A stretch of DNA of 41,439 nt. It comes from an uncultured bacterium. GTDB lineage: Bacteria; Patescibacteriota; Patescibacteriia; JAXHNJ01. The notes beneath the pieces are model-generated. The model was not told the origin of the DNA. It worked only from the letters and a program-made list of their open reading frames with translations, and did no database searches. The DNA lies in assembly GCA_965370265.1 (NCBI GenBank), contig CBDUSL010000002.1, positions 1 to 41,439 of the forward strand. Direction: 5' to 3'. A program made the position numbers and the translations under genes. Below are positions 1-8,385 of the stretch, one piece after another. Each line of letters begins with the position of its first letter. The first letter of the stretch is position 1.

Positions 1-380
1 TAAAAAAACCAAAAATATCTGTTAAAATAAATATTAAGGAAATTCAAAAACCAAATCTTAATGCCCAGATAATCTGCAATAATATGATTGAACAGATTGA
101 AAAAAGAATTCCCTTCCGTCGGGTGATGAAACAAACTATTGATGGTGTGATGAAGGCGGGAGCCAAGGGGGTTAAAGTTTCAGTGGCCGGACGTTTAAAC
201 GGAGCCGAAATTGCAAGAACAGAAAAACTGGCTACTGGCCAGCTTCCACTCCATACCTTAAGAGCTGATATAGATTATTCACGCGGCGTGGCCGCTACCA
301 CATATGGAGCTATAGGAGTTAAGGTTTGGGTTTATAAGGGTGAGGTTTTTGCTGATAAAAAAGAAGACAAAAAGATTTAA
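1..380 (+). CDS. rpsC: 30S ribosomal protein S3, C-terminal part (5' end lies upstream of the window)
   Basis: The frame is open from nt 3 to the stop at 378-380. ...KEIQKPNLNAQII..MIEQIEKRIPFRRVMKQ..GAKGVKVSVAGRLNGAEIARTE..LHTLRADIDY..GVKVWVYKGE is the conserved S3 C-terminal domain. It sits directly upstream of L16. Confidence 0.92.
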   Translation, partial: KKPKISVKINIKEIQKPNLNAQIICNNMIEQIEKRIPFRRVMKQTIDGVMKAGAKGVKVSVAGRLNGAEIARTEKLATGQLPLHTLRADIDYSRGVAATTYGAIGVKVWVYKGEVFADKKEDKKI

Positions 381-398
381 TAAAGGAGTATTTTAATA

Positions 399-806
399 AT
401 GTTAATTCCCAGAAAAGTAAAACACCGAAAATGGCAAAAAGGCCGACAAAGGGGTAATGCTACCTCAGGGAACAAGGTTTCTTTTGGCCGATATGGATTA
501 AAGTCTTTAACGGCCAAATGGATAACTGCTCGCCAGATTGAAGCGGCTAGAAGAGCAATTACCCGATATTTACAAAAAGGCGGTAAAATATGGATTAGGA
601 TTTTTCCTGATAAACCGGTTACCGCTAAAAGTGCTGAGGTGCCAATGGGGGGAGGAAAAGGGGCGGTTGACCATTTTGTGGCCGCAGTTAAACCGGGTAC
701 CGTTATTTTTGAGCTTGATGGCATTTCCAAAGAATTAGCAAAAGAAGCCTTAAGGCGAGCCTCTTTTAAACTGCCGATTAAAACTAAATTTGTTGAAAGA
801 ATCTAA
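399..806 (+). CDS. rplP: 50S ribosomal protein L16
   Basis: [44 protein letters not shown] matches L16. AAGGAG lies about 9 nt upstream of the ATG. Confidence 0.96.
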   Translation: MLIPRKVKHRKWQKGRQRGNATSGNKVSFGRYGLKSLTAKWITARQIEAARRAITRYLQKGGKIWIRIFPDKPVTAKSAEVPMGGGKGAVDHFVAAVKPGTVIFELDGISKELAKEALRRASFKLPIKTKFVERI

Positions 807-807
807 T

Positions 808-1086
808 ATGAAATATAGTGAATTAAAAGAAAAATCAGTTGGTGAGTTAAACAGTCTTTTAAAAATTTCCAGAGAAAGATTGCGTGATTTAAGATTTAAA
901 GTTGCCTCAAAACAACTCAAGAATATAAGAAAGATAAGAGAAGAAAAAAAATTAATTGCGAGAATATTAACTTTATTTAAAGAAAAACCTCAAGAAATTA
1001 ATAAAGACAAATCACCGCAAAGCGGAGTCTCGTCTGCGGAGAAAGTAAGATCTGATTCTAAAGAAAAAAGTAAGGAGAAAAAATAA
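808..1086 (+). CDS. rpmC: 50S ribosomal protein L29 with a K/E/S-rich C-terminal tail
   Basis: The ATG at 808 follows the L16 stop (804-806). [35 protein letters not shown] is the L29 core. The track start at 790 is a TTG inside L16. Confidence 0.85.
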   Translation: MKYSELKEKSVGELNSLLKISRERLRDLRFKVASKQLKNIRKIREEKKLIARILTLFKEKPQEINKDKSPQSGVSSAEKVRSDSKEKSKEKK

Positions 1087-1349
1087 TGGAAAAAGAAAAA
1101 CAACCCGAGAAAACAAAAAAAAGAATTCTAAAAGGAGTAGTTGTTTCCGATAAAATGGATAAAACAATAGTGGTTAGATTGGAAAAATTTAAAATGCATT
1201 CAAAATATCATAAAAGATACAAGACTTCTGTTAAATATAAGGCTCATGACCCAAAAAACGCTTTTCATAGCGGAGATAAGGTTGAAATAGAGGAAATGAA
1301 GCCAATGTCTAAAGAAAAGCGCTGGAAAGCAATTAAAAAAATCTCCTAA
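1086..1349 (+). CDS. rpsQ: 30S ribosomal protein S17
   Basis: [57 protein letters not shown] matches the S17 OB fold. TAATG overlap with L29. Confidence 0.9.
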   Translation: MEKEKQPEKTKKRILKGVVVSDKMDKTIVVRLEKFKMHSKYHKRYKTSVKYKAHDPKNAFHSGDKVEIEEMKPMSKEKRWKAIKKIS

Positions 1350-1353
1350 AAAT

Positions 1354-1725
1354 ATGATTCAACCTCAATCAATGTTAAAAATAGCCGATAATAGCGGAGC
1401 CAAAAAAATTAAATGTATTCGAGTGCTTGGCGGTTATAAAAAGCGCTATGCCCGGATAGGCGATATTATCACAGCTTCAGTTAAACAGGCTGAGCCTCAT
1501 TCAATGGTAAAAAAAGGTGAAGTTGTTAAGGCGGTTATTGTCCGTTTAAGAAAGGAAACCAGAAGAAAAGACGGTTCGTATATTCGATTTGATGAAAATG
1601 CGGCGGTGATTGTTGATCCCAAGTCAAAGGAACCAAAAGGAACCCGAATTTTCGGGCCGGTAGCCAGAGAACTAAGGAATAAAGGTTTTATGAAAATTAT
1701 TTCATTAGCCCCGGAAGTTTTATAA
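1354..1725 (+). CDS. rplN: 50S ribosomal protein L14
   Basis: [53 protein letters not shown] is highly conserved L14 sequence. Confidence 0.97.
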   Translation: MIQPQSMLKIADNSGAKKIKCIRVLGGYKKRYARIGDIITASVKQAEPHSMVKKGEVVKAVIVRLRKETRRKDGSYIRFDENAAVIVDPKSKEPKGTRIFGPVARELRNKGFMKIISLAPEVL

Positions 1726-1729
1726 GCAT

Positions 1730-2035
1730 ATGAAAATAAAAAAAGGCGATACAGTAAAAATAATAAACGGAAAAGATCGGGGCAAAAAAGGCAAAGTCAC
1801 CCAAGTATTGGTTAGTCATGGAAAAATTGTGGTAGAAAATATTAATACAATGATAAAAAATGTCAGGCCTAAAAAATCAGGTGAAAAAGGGGAGAAAGTA
1901 GAATATTCATCCCCGCTTGATGTTTCCAATGTTATGATTATCTGCCCTAAATGTTCCAAGGCAGTCAAAATCGGTCACAAAGCTCTTGAGAAGGAAAAGA
2001 TTAGAATTTGTAAAAAGTGCAAAGGACAAATATAA
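1730..2035 (+). CDS. rplX: 50S ribosomal protein L24 (C-terminal CxxC..CxxC variant)
   Basis: KOW motif MKIKKGDTVKIINGKDRGKKGKV and ..SPLDVSNVMII. Four cysteines at C72, C75, C94 and C97 (CPKC..CKKC). Confidence 0.9.
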   Translation: MKIKKGDTVKIINGKDRGKKGKVTQVLVSHGKIVVENINTMIKNVRPKKSGEKGEKVEYSSPLDVSNVMIICPKCSKAVKIGHKALEKEKIRICKKCKGQI

Positions 2036-2595
2036 TGTTAACTTTTAAGGAAAAATATAAAAAAGAAGTAGTCCCTAAAATGATGGAATTATTCGGTTTC
2101 AAAAATCAATTAGCCGTTCCTAAAATAATAAAAGTAAAAGTTAATGTTGGTATTAATGCGCAAAATTCAAACGACGAAAAATATAAAGAAACAATCGTAA
2201 ATACTCTTACCAGAATTACCGGACAAAAACCTGTTTTTACCAAAGCTAAAAAATCTATTTCTGCTTTTAAAATCAGGGAGGGAATGACTGTTGGCTTGAT
2301 TGTTACTCTTCGCGGCCAGAGAATGTATGATTTTGTTGATAAACTGGTTAATGTTTCTCTGCCTAGAGTCCGTGATTTTCGCGGCTTGGAACCAAAATCT
2401 TTGGGCAATTCAAAAAGCCTTACAATTGGTTTTAAAGAACATGTGGTTTTTCCGGAAATTCAATCAGACGAAGTGGAACGGATACATGGTCTGGAAGTGA
2501 CAATTGTTACCAACGCCGAAAATGGAAAAGAAGCCTTTCAGCTTTTTAGTCTTCTCGGCTTTCCTTTCAAAGAAAACGAGCAAAAGAAAAAATAA
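2035..2595 (+). CDS. rplE: 50S ribosomal protein L5
   Basis: ATG 2035 overlaps the L24 stop (TAATG). MLTFKEKYKKEVVPKMMELFGFKNQLAVPKIIKVKVNVG.. matches L5. Confidence 0.95.
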   Translation: MLTFKEKYKKEVVPKMMELFGFKNQLAVPKIIKVKVNVGINAQNSNDEKYKETIVNTLTRITGQKPVFTKAKKSISAFKIREGMTVGLIVTLRGQRMYDFVDKLVNVSLPRVRDFRGLEPKSLGNSKSLTIGFKEHVVFPEIQSDEVERIHGLEVTIVTNAENGKEAFQLFSLLGFPFKENEQKKK

Positions 2596-2616
2596 TTTAT
2601 CAAATAATAAACTTAT

Positions 2617-2802
2617 ATGGCCAAAAAATCAGTTATAGCCAGAGCAAATAAAACTCCTAAATACTCGACTCGGATAGTCCGTCGTTGCTGGCGTTGTGGC
2701 CGAAAAAGGGGATATATGAGAAAGTTTAATCTCTGTCGGATATGTTTCAGGGAATTGGCTAATAGAAATGAAATTCCCGGGATTAAAAAATCATCGTGGT
2801 AA
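2617..2802 (+). CDS. rpsZ: 30S ribosomal protein S14, short zinc-ribbon type Z (61 aa)
   Basis: ..[27 protein letters not shown] carries the CxxC..CxxC of type-Z S14. Canonical position between L5 and S8. Confidence 0.95.
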   Translation: MAKKSVIARANKTPKYSTRIVRRCWRCGRKRGYMRKFNLCRICFRELANRNEIPGIKKSSW

Positions 2803-2840
2803 AGAAAATTAACTAACTATTTAAAAAATTAATTAAATTT

Positions 2841-3230
2841 ATGACTGACCCCATTGCTGACATGTTAACAAGAATAAGAAACGCTCTTATGGTTCAAAAA
2901 ACAGAAGTGCTTGTTCCCTTTTCGCGTCTTAAATTTGAAGTGGCTAAAATTCTGGAAAAAGGGAAATGGATAGAAGCGGTTGAAAAATTAGAGGAAAATT
3001 TTGGCCAATTAAAAATTACTCTAAAGTATAACGATAAAAAAGAACCGGCTATTACCTACATAAAGAGGATAAGCAAACCTGGTCGACGTGTTTATGTCGC
3101 CAAAAGCGAACTTCCTATTGTTCTAAATAACTATGGTGAGGCGATAATATCAACTTCACACGGGATTATGAGTAATAGGGAGGCAAGAAAGAAAGGTGTA
3201 GGCGGCGAAATTATTTGTGAAATTTATTAA
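2841..3230 (+). CDS. rpsH: 30S ribosomal protein S8
   Basis: MTDPIADMLTRIRNA.. to ..GGEIICEIY matches S8. Confidence 0.96.
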   Translation: MTDPIADMLTRIRNALMVQKTEVLVPFSRLKFEVAKILEKGKWIEAVEKLEENFGQLKITLKYNDKKEPAITYIKRISKPGRRVYVAKSELPIVLNNYGEAIISTSHGIMSNREARKKGVGGEIICEIY

Positions 3231-3234
3231 AATT

Positions 3235-3801
3235 ATGTCCAGAATAGGAAAATTACCCATTATCATTTCAGATGAAGTAACAGTTACTCTTGATAATAAA
3301 GACCTAAAGATTAAAGGTCCCAAGGGGGAGCTAATCCAAAAAATGCATTCCCATATTAATCTTGACCTAAAAGAAAAGGAAATTAATGTTACGGTCCACA
3401 ATCCTGAAGAGAAAAAAGATCGGGCGCTTTGGGGGCTTTTTCGCGCCTTAATTAATAATATGATGGTTGGGGTAACTAAAGGCTTCGAAAAAAAGTTGGA
3501 GATTAATGGTGTCGGCTACAAGGCCCAGGTTTCCGGAAAAAAAATTATTTTAAATCTGGGTTATTCTCATACTATTGAATATGATATTCCGGAAGGGATT
3601 GAAGTTAAAGTTGATAAAAATTTAATAATTATTACCGGCATTGAGCGACAAAAAGTAGGTCAGGTAGCGGCAGAAATACGCAATTTCAGAAAACCAGAGC
3701 CTTACAAAGGAAAAGGCATTAAATACATTGACGAGGTAATTAGAAGGAAGGCGGGCAAAGCGGCTAAAACTGGGGCCGAAGGAGCCGGAGCCTCTGGCTA
3801 A
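3235..3801 (+). CDS. rplF: 50S ribosomal protein L6
   Basis: ATG at 3235, MSRIGKLPIIISDEVTVTLD..IKGPKGEL.. matches L6. The track start at 3217 lies inside S8. Confidence 0.95.
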   Translation: MSRIGKLPIIISDEVTVTLDNKDLKIKGPKGELIQKMHSHINLDLKEKEINVTVHNPEEKKDRALWGLFRALINNMMVGVTKGFEKKLEINGVGYKAQVSGKKIILNLGYSHTIEYDIPEGIEVKVDKNLIIITGIERQKVGQVAAEIRNFRKPEPYKGKGIKYIDEVIRRKAGKAAKTGAEGAGASG

Positions 3802-3810
3802 TAAAAAATT

Positions 3811-4191
3811 ATGATTACAAAGACAAGTAACAAAAGAATAAAAAGGCAAAGAAGACGAATTAGTTTTAGGCATAAAGTAAAAGGCACAATCAAACGGCCC
3901 CGTTTGTCTGTTTATCGGAGCTCGAAGCATATTTATGCCCAAATTATTGATGACGTAAAGGGAGTGACTCTTACTTCTTCTTCTGACATGAAAATTGATA
4001 AAAAAACCATAAAAGCAGACAGTAAATTGAAAGCGCAGGAAAAAGTAGCCTTTGCCACGGGAGAGTTATTGGCTAAAGAGGCGGCAGGAAAAAAAATCAC
4101 CAAAGTAGTTTTTGATCGAGGCGGATTTAAATATCACGGGAGAATAAAAGCTCTGGCTGAAGGAGCAAAAAAAGGAGGACTAATATTTTAG
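3811..4191 (+). CDS. rplR: 50S ribosomal protein L18
   Basis: ..RPRLSVYRSSKHIYAQIIDD..VVFDRGGFKYHGRIKALAEGAKKGGL matches L18. Confidence 0.93.
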   Translation: MITKTSNKRIKRQRRRISFRHKVKGTIKRPRLSVYRSSKHIYAQIIDDVKGVTLTSSSDMKIDKKTIKADSKLKAQEKVAFATGELLAKEAAGKKITKVVFDRGGFKYHGRIKALAEGAKKGGLIF

Positions 4192-4203
4192 TATTAAAAA
4201 TAT

Positions 4204-4755
4204 ATGAGAAGAAATACTACTAGGCAAAAAAAAGATTTCATGCGGGAAAAAAGAGAATTTGAACAAAAGGTTATTGATATAGCCCGGGTGACTCGGGTAA
4301 TGGCCGGCGGAAAAAGAATGAGTTTTCGAGCTTGTGTCGTTATTGGGGACATGAAAGGAAAAATTGGAGTAGGAGTGAAAAAAGGAGCAGACGTAAGCTT
4401 GGCCATGAATAAGGCCGTAAATTCAGCTAAGAAAAATCTTATAAAAGTTAAAACAATTAATGACACGATTCCTCACGAAGTAAGAATTAAACATAAATCA
4501 GCAATATTATTAATTAAACCGGCTCCCGAAGGAACGGGTATTATTGCCGGAGGTCCGGTCAGGGCCGCTTTAGAGGTTTCAGGCATAAAAAATATTGTCG
4601 CTAAAATGATTGGTTCGAAGAATAAAATTAATAATGTGAGAGCGCTTATTGAAGCTTTTAATAGATTAAAAGAACCCAGACCAGCTGTTAAAAAAGAAAA
4701 AAATCTGACCAAACCCGAAAATATTGAAGAATCAAAAAAGAAGGATAGAAAATAA
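4204..4755 (+). CDS. rpsE: 30S ribosomal protein S5 (Lys-rich C-terminal tail)
   Basis: ..VIDIARVTRVMAGGKRMSFRACVVIGDMKGKIGVGVKKGADV.. matches S5. Confidence 0.95.
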   Translation: MRRNTTRQKKDFMREKREFEQKVIDIARVTRVMAGGKRMSFRACVVIGDMKGKIGVGVKKGADVSLAMNKAVNSAKKNLIKVKTINDTIPHEVRIKHKSAILLIKPAPEGTGIIAGGPVRAALEVSGIKNIVAKMIGSKNKINNVRALIEAFNRLKEPRPAVKKEKNLTKPENIEESKKKDRK

Positions 4756-5213
4756 TGGTTATTAGTTTATCAAATTTAACAAACAAAAATAAGAAAAAAA
4801 GAAAAAGAGTCGGACGCGGTAATGCTTCAGGTTCTGGTAATTATTCGGGAAGAGGACAAAAGGGCCAGCGTTCCCGTTCTGGTGGGCGCAAAGGCTTAAA
4901 TAAACTTGGTCTCAAACAAACCCTGAAAAGGATTCCGAAGAAAAAAGGCTTTAAAAGTATGCATGCAAAAATGTCTACCGTTAATATTGAGCTTTTAAAT
5001 AAATATTTTGCTGATGGCAACATAATTACCTTCAAAAAATTAATGGATCTAAAGGTGGTCAGATTTTCGCCTTCCGGCCTTAAGGTATTGGGTAAAGGCA
5101 AAATAAATAAAAAATTAACTATTAAAGCAGAAAGCTTTTCTAAATCAGCGAAAGAAGCTATAGTTAAAGCAGGCGGTAAAGCAGAAATAATAAAAACCCA
5201 AGAAAAAGAATAG
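4755..5213 (+). CDS. rplO: 50S ribosomal protein L15
   Basis: ..KRVGRGNASGSGNYSGRGQKGQRSRSGG.. matches L15. The ATG overlaps the S5 stop (TAATG), so there is no room for an L30 gene. Confidence 0.92.
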   Translation: MVISLSNLTNKNKKKRKRVGRGNASGSGNYSGRGQKGQRSRSGGRKGLNKLGLKQTLKRIPKKKGFKSMHAKMSTVNIELLNKYFADGNIITFKKLMDLKVVRFSPSGLKVLGKGKINKKLTIKAESFSKSAKEAIVKAGGKAEIIKTQEKE

Positions 5214-5217
5214 ATTT

Positions 5218-6489
5218 ATGTTTGAAAAAGTATCTCAAATCTGGAAAGTCAAGGAAATCAGAAATAAGATTCTTTATGTCTTGTTTATACTTTTTATATT
5301 TCGAATGGCGGCTCATATTCCTATTCCGGGAGTTAACGTTGCGAATCTAAAAGCATTTTTTGAGTCAAATGAACTTTTTGGTTTGGTTAATGTTTTTTCC
5401 GGCGGAGCAATGAGCAATTTTTCGGTCGTTATGCTTGGTATCGGTCCGTATATTACCTCTTCAATTATTTTTCAGCTTTTAACCATTATTATTCCTAAAC
5501 TGGCTGAACTCCAGAAAGACGAAGCTGGCCGGCAAAAAATGAATCAATGGCAAAGGTATATGACTATTCCTTTAGCGATAATGCAGTCTTACGCCACTAT
5601 TACTATATTAAAGCAACAAGGCCAGGGCATTGTTAATGACATGTCTGGTTTTGACCTTATTTCCGCTATAATTACTATTACCGCGGGCAGTATTTTCCTG
5701 ATGTGGTTGGGAGAACTGATTTCAGAAAAGAAAGTAGGGAATGGCATATCACTTTTAATTTTCGCCGGTATTATTGCCCGTTTTCCTGAACAAATCCGCC
5801 AAACTATCGTCAGTTTTGACGCCTCAAATGCAATTAATATCGTTATCTTATTGGCTATAGGTCTTGTTACTATTGCCGGCGTAGTCTTTATTACTCAAGG
5901 GCAGCGCAATATTCCCGTTTCTTATGCCAGAAGAATAAGGGGTAACCGGATGTATGGTGGGGTAAATACCCATCTTCCCTTAAAAGTTAATCAGGCCGGG
6001 GTAATTCCCATTATTTTTGCTATTTCTATTGTTTTAATTCCTCCTTTGATTGCCCAATTTTTTATAAAAAGCGGAAATTACTGGGTTGCTACAATTGCAG
6101 AATGGGTGGTAATTAATTTTAAAGGCGGCGTGATTTATGGAGCTTTATATTTTGTGCTGGTAGTTGCTTTTACTTTTTTCTATACGACAGTTGTTTTTCA
6201 TCCAGACCAAATCTCCGAAAATCTGCAAAAACAAGGCGGTTTTATACCCGGAATAAGGCCCGGCCGAAACACAACCGAATTTTTAAGCTATGTTTCTAAC
6301 CGGATTATTCTAGCCGGGGCCCTTTTCTTAGGCACTATTGCCGTTTTGCCGACTGTTATGCAGTCTGCCACTAATATTGGCACTCTAATGATCGGTGGTA
6401 CTAGTCTTTTGATTGTCGTTTCGGTTGTAATTGAAACTGTTAAGCAAATAGAATCACAACTGGTAATGCGTGATTACGAAGGTTTTTAA
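5218..6489 (+). CDS. secY: preprotein translocase subunit SecY
   Basis: 423 aa multi-pass membrane protein. ..GIGPYITSSIIFQLL.., ..WLGELISEKKVGNGISLLIFAGI.. Canonical position after L15. Confidence 0.97.
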   Translation: MFEKVSQIWKVKEIRNKILYVLFILFIFRMAAHIPIPGVNVANLKAFFESNELFGLVNVFSGGAMSNFSVVMLGIGPYITSSIIFQLLTIIIPKLAELQKDEAGRQKMNQWQRYMTIPLAIMQSYATITILKQQGQGIVNDMSGFDLISAIITITAGSIFLMWLGELISEKKVGNGISLLIFAGIIARFPEQIRQTIVSFDASNAINIVILLAIGLVTIAGVVFITQGQRNIPVSYARRIRGNRMYGGVNTHLPLKVNQAGVIPIIFAISIVLIPPLIAQFFIKSGNYWVATIAEWVVINFKGGVIYGALYFVLVVAFTFFYTTVVFHPDQISENLQKQGGFIPGIRPGRNTTEFLSYVSNRIILAGALFLGTIAVLPTVMQSATNIGTLMIGGTSLLIVVSVVIETVKQIESQLVMRDYEGF

Positions 6490-6515
6490 TGATTAATAAA
6501 TTTTGTAAGAAACTC

Positions 6516-6541
6516 AAAAAGTGGTCAAACCACTTTTTTTA
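6516..6541 (+). terminator. intrinsic terminator after secY
   Basis: AAAAAGTGGT-CAA-ACCACTTTTTTT: a short hairpin followed by a T-run. Confidence 0.55.
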
Positions 6542-6555
6542 AAAAATGAATTTTT

Positions 6556-6564
6556 TGCTATAAT
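6556..6564 (+). promoter_or_regulatory. extended -10 element (TGCTATAAT) upstream of adk
   Basis: TGcTATAAT lies 7 nt before the adk ATG region. No clear -35. Confidence 0.4.
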
Positions 6565-6570
6565 AAAGCT

Positions 6571-7218
6571 ATGAAAAACATAAAAAATATTCTTGTTTTC
6601 GGCCCCCAGGGTTCAGGCAAAGATACCCAGTCAGAAATGCTTTCACGTTATTTAAACATACCCTCTGTTGTTATGGGCGATCTTATTAGAAAAGAAATTA
6701 AGGAAATGACAGAAGTTGGCCAAAAGGTTTCGGAGTTATATAAAGAGGGAAAATTAGCGCCAGACGAAATAGCTTTAAGTCTTCTAAAAAAAATGATTAC
6801 GAGTGAAGACACTGAAAATGGATGCATTCTAAATGGATTTCCCAGAAATTTAAAACAAGCTAAAGCCTTGGAAAAAATTACTCATATTGATTTGGTAGTT
6901 GAACTTTATATTTCGGATGAAGAAGGTATTCAGAGACTTTCCGGCCGCCGAGTTTGTCCAGACTGCGGGACCACCTTTCACTTAAAATTCAAACCATCCA
7001 AGAAAGAGGGAATTTGTGATCGTTGCGGAGAAAAATTGATTATTCGTGAGGATGATAAACCGGAAGCGATAAAAAAGCGCCTTGCCATATATCATCAGGA
7101 AACAGAACCTCTTCGCGAGTATTATAAGGAAAAAGGAATATATCTAAAGATAAATGGCGAACAGTCAATTCCGGATGTCTTTGAAGAAATAAAAAATAAA
7201 TTAAAATCTTTAAAATGA
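6571..7218 (+). CDS. adk: adenylate kinase (zinc-lid type)
   Basis: P-loop FGPQGSGKDTQ, ..GFPRNLKQA.., and lid CPDCGTTFH..CDRCGEKLIIREDD. Confidence 0.95.
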   Translation: MKNIKNILVFGPQGSGKDTQSEMLSRYLNIPSVVMGDLIRKEIKEMTEVGQKVSELYKEGKLAPDEIALSLLKKMITSEDTENGCILNGFPRNLKQAKALEKITHIDLVVELYISDEEGIQRLSGRRVCPDCGTTFHLKFKPSKKEGICDRCGEKLIIREDDKPEAIKKRLAIYHQETEPLREYYKEKGIYLKINGEQSIPDVFEEIKNKLKSLK

Positions 7219-7961
7219 TAATAATAAAAACCGGAAAAGAAATTGAAATAATGAAAAAAGGCGGTCATCATTTGGCAGAAATTGTTAAAGAAGTCTCCTT
7301 AAAGGCAAGACCAGATATATCAACGGCTGAATTGAATGAATTAGCGGAAGCTATGATTACAAGAATTGGAGCCAGACCTTCATTTAAAGGATATAAAGGT
7401 TACCCTGCGGCTATTTGTGCTTCTGTTAATGACGAAATTGTTCACTCTATTCCTTCAGAAGAAAAAATCTTAAAAAACGGAGATATTCTCGGATTGGATA
7501 TTGGCCTTGAATACGAGGGAATGTACACCGATATGGCGGTGACTGTACCAGTGGGGAAAATATCAAAGCAGGCTAAGAGGCTTATTAATGTGACCAAAAA
7601 AGCTCTTGAACTTGGATTACGTGAAGTAAAACCGGGTAAGCAAATAGGAGATATTTCCTATGCTATCCAAAACTACGCCGAAGCTAACGGCTATAATGTA
7701 GTAAGGTGTTTAGTGGGCCATGGAGTAGGCAAAGAAGTGCACGAAGAACCAAAAATACCAAATTATGGTGAATCAGGCACTGGCCCTATTTTAGAGCCGG
7801 GTATGGCTATCGCCATTGAACCAATGGTTACAATCGGCTCTTCTGAAGTTATTACCGATGATGACGGATGGACCGCCAGAACCGAAGACGGATCTCTGGC
7901 TGCTCATTTTGAAGTAACCGTGGCTATCACCAGAGAAGGGCGTTTAGTAATTACCAAATAA
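7215..7961 (+). CDS. map: type I methionine aminopeptidase
   Basis: ..FKGYKGYPAAICASVNDEIVHSIP..GDILGLDIG..YTDMAVT..GHGVGKEVHEEP..IEPM..HFEVTVAIT. ATGA overlap with adk. Confidence 0.95.
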   Translation: MIIIKTGKEIEIMKKGGHHLAEIVKEVSLKARPDISTAELNELAEAMITRIGARPSFKGYKGYPAAICASVNDEIVHSIPSEEKILKNGDILGLDIGLEYEGMYTDMAVTVPVGKISKQAKRLINVTKKALELGLREVKPGKQIGDISYAIQNYAEANGYNVVRCLVGHGVGKEVHEEPKIPNYGESGTGPILEPGMAIAIEPMVTIGSSEVITDDDGWTARTEDGSLAAHFEVTVAITREGRLVITK

Positions 7962-7965
7962 AAAA

Positions 7966-8385
7966 ATGGGCAAATATTTAGGCATTGATTATGGAACTAA
8001 AAGGGTGGGAATAGCTGTTTCTGATGATGACAAAACTTTTTCTTTCGCCAGGCGTACTCTGGAAAATAAAGATATAGAAAGTTTAACCAGCGAGATAAAG
8101 GAAATATGCCATGAGGAAGAGGTAGAGAAAATAATTTTAGGGCTGCCAGTAAATATGAAAGGGGAAAGAACTCCCTGGACCAAAAAAGTAGAAGCTTTCT
8201 CGGTTTTTTTAAAAAATACTTTAAATATTTCAGTTGAATTTCAAGATGAGCGACTTACTTCTCAAATGAGCTATAGTTTATTCCGGGATAAAAAATCAGA
8301 GCAAAAAATGACAAAGTGTGAAATTGATGAACAATCAGCCCGAATTATTTTGCAAGATTATATTGATCGAAATAGTTTAAAATAA
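7966..8385 (+). CDS. ruvX: YqgF/RuvX-family putative pre-16S rRNA nuclease
   Basis: YLGIDYGTKRVGIAVSD..ILGLPVNMKGE..DERLTS..A..ILQDYID matches YqgF. Confidence 0.85.
   Translation: MGKYLGIDYGTKRVGIAVSDDDKTFSFARRTLENKDIESLTSEIKEICHEEEVEKIILGLPVNMKGERTPWTKKVEAFSVFLKNTLNISVEFQDERLTSQMSYSLFRDKKSEQKMTKCEIDEQSARIILQDYIDRNSLK

Noticed and set aside
377-730. Long ORFs antisense to, or out of frame with, conserved genes: 377-730(-), 2106-2408(-), 3622-3942(-), 4194-4466(-), 8853-9260(-), 11575-11892(+), 12481-12789(+), 14672-14992(-), 23537-23830(-), 32016-32453(-), 33526-33852(-), 39852-40094(-) and others in the track.
   Set aside because: Each lies entirely inside a confidently identified gene on the other strand or in another frame. 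None has a start signal. Their compositions are low-complexity or hydrophobic, typical of shadow ORFs.
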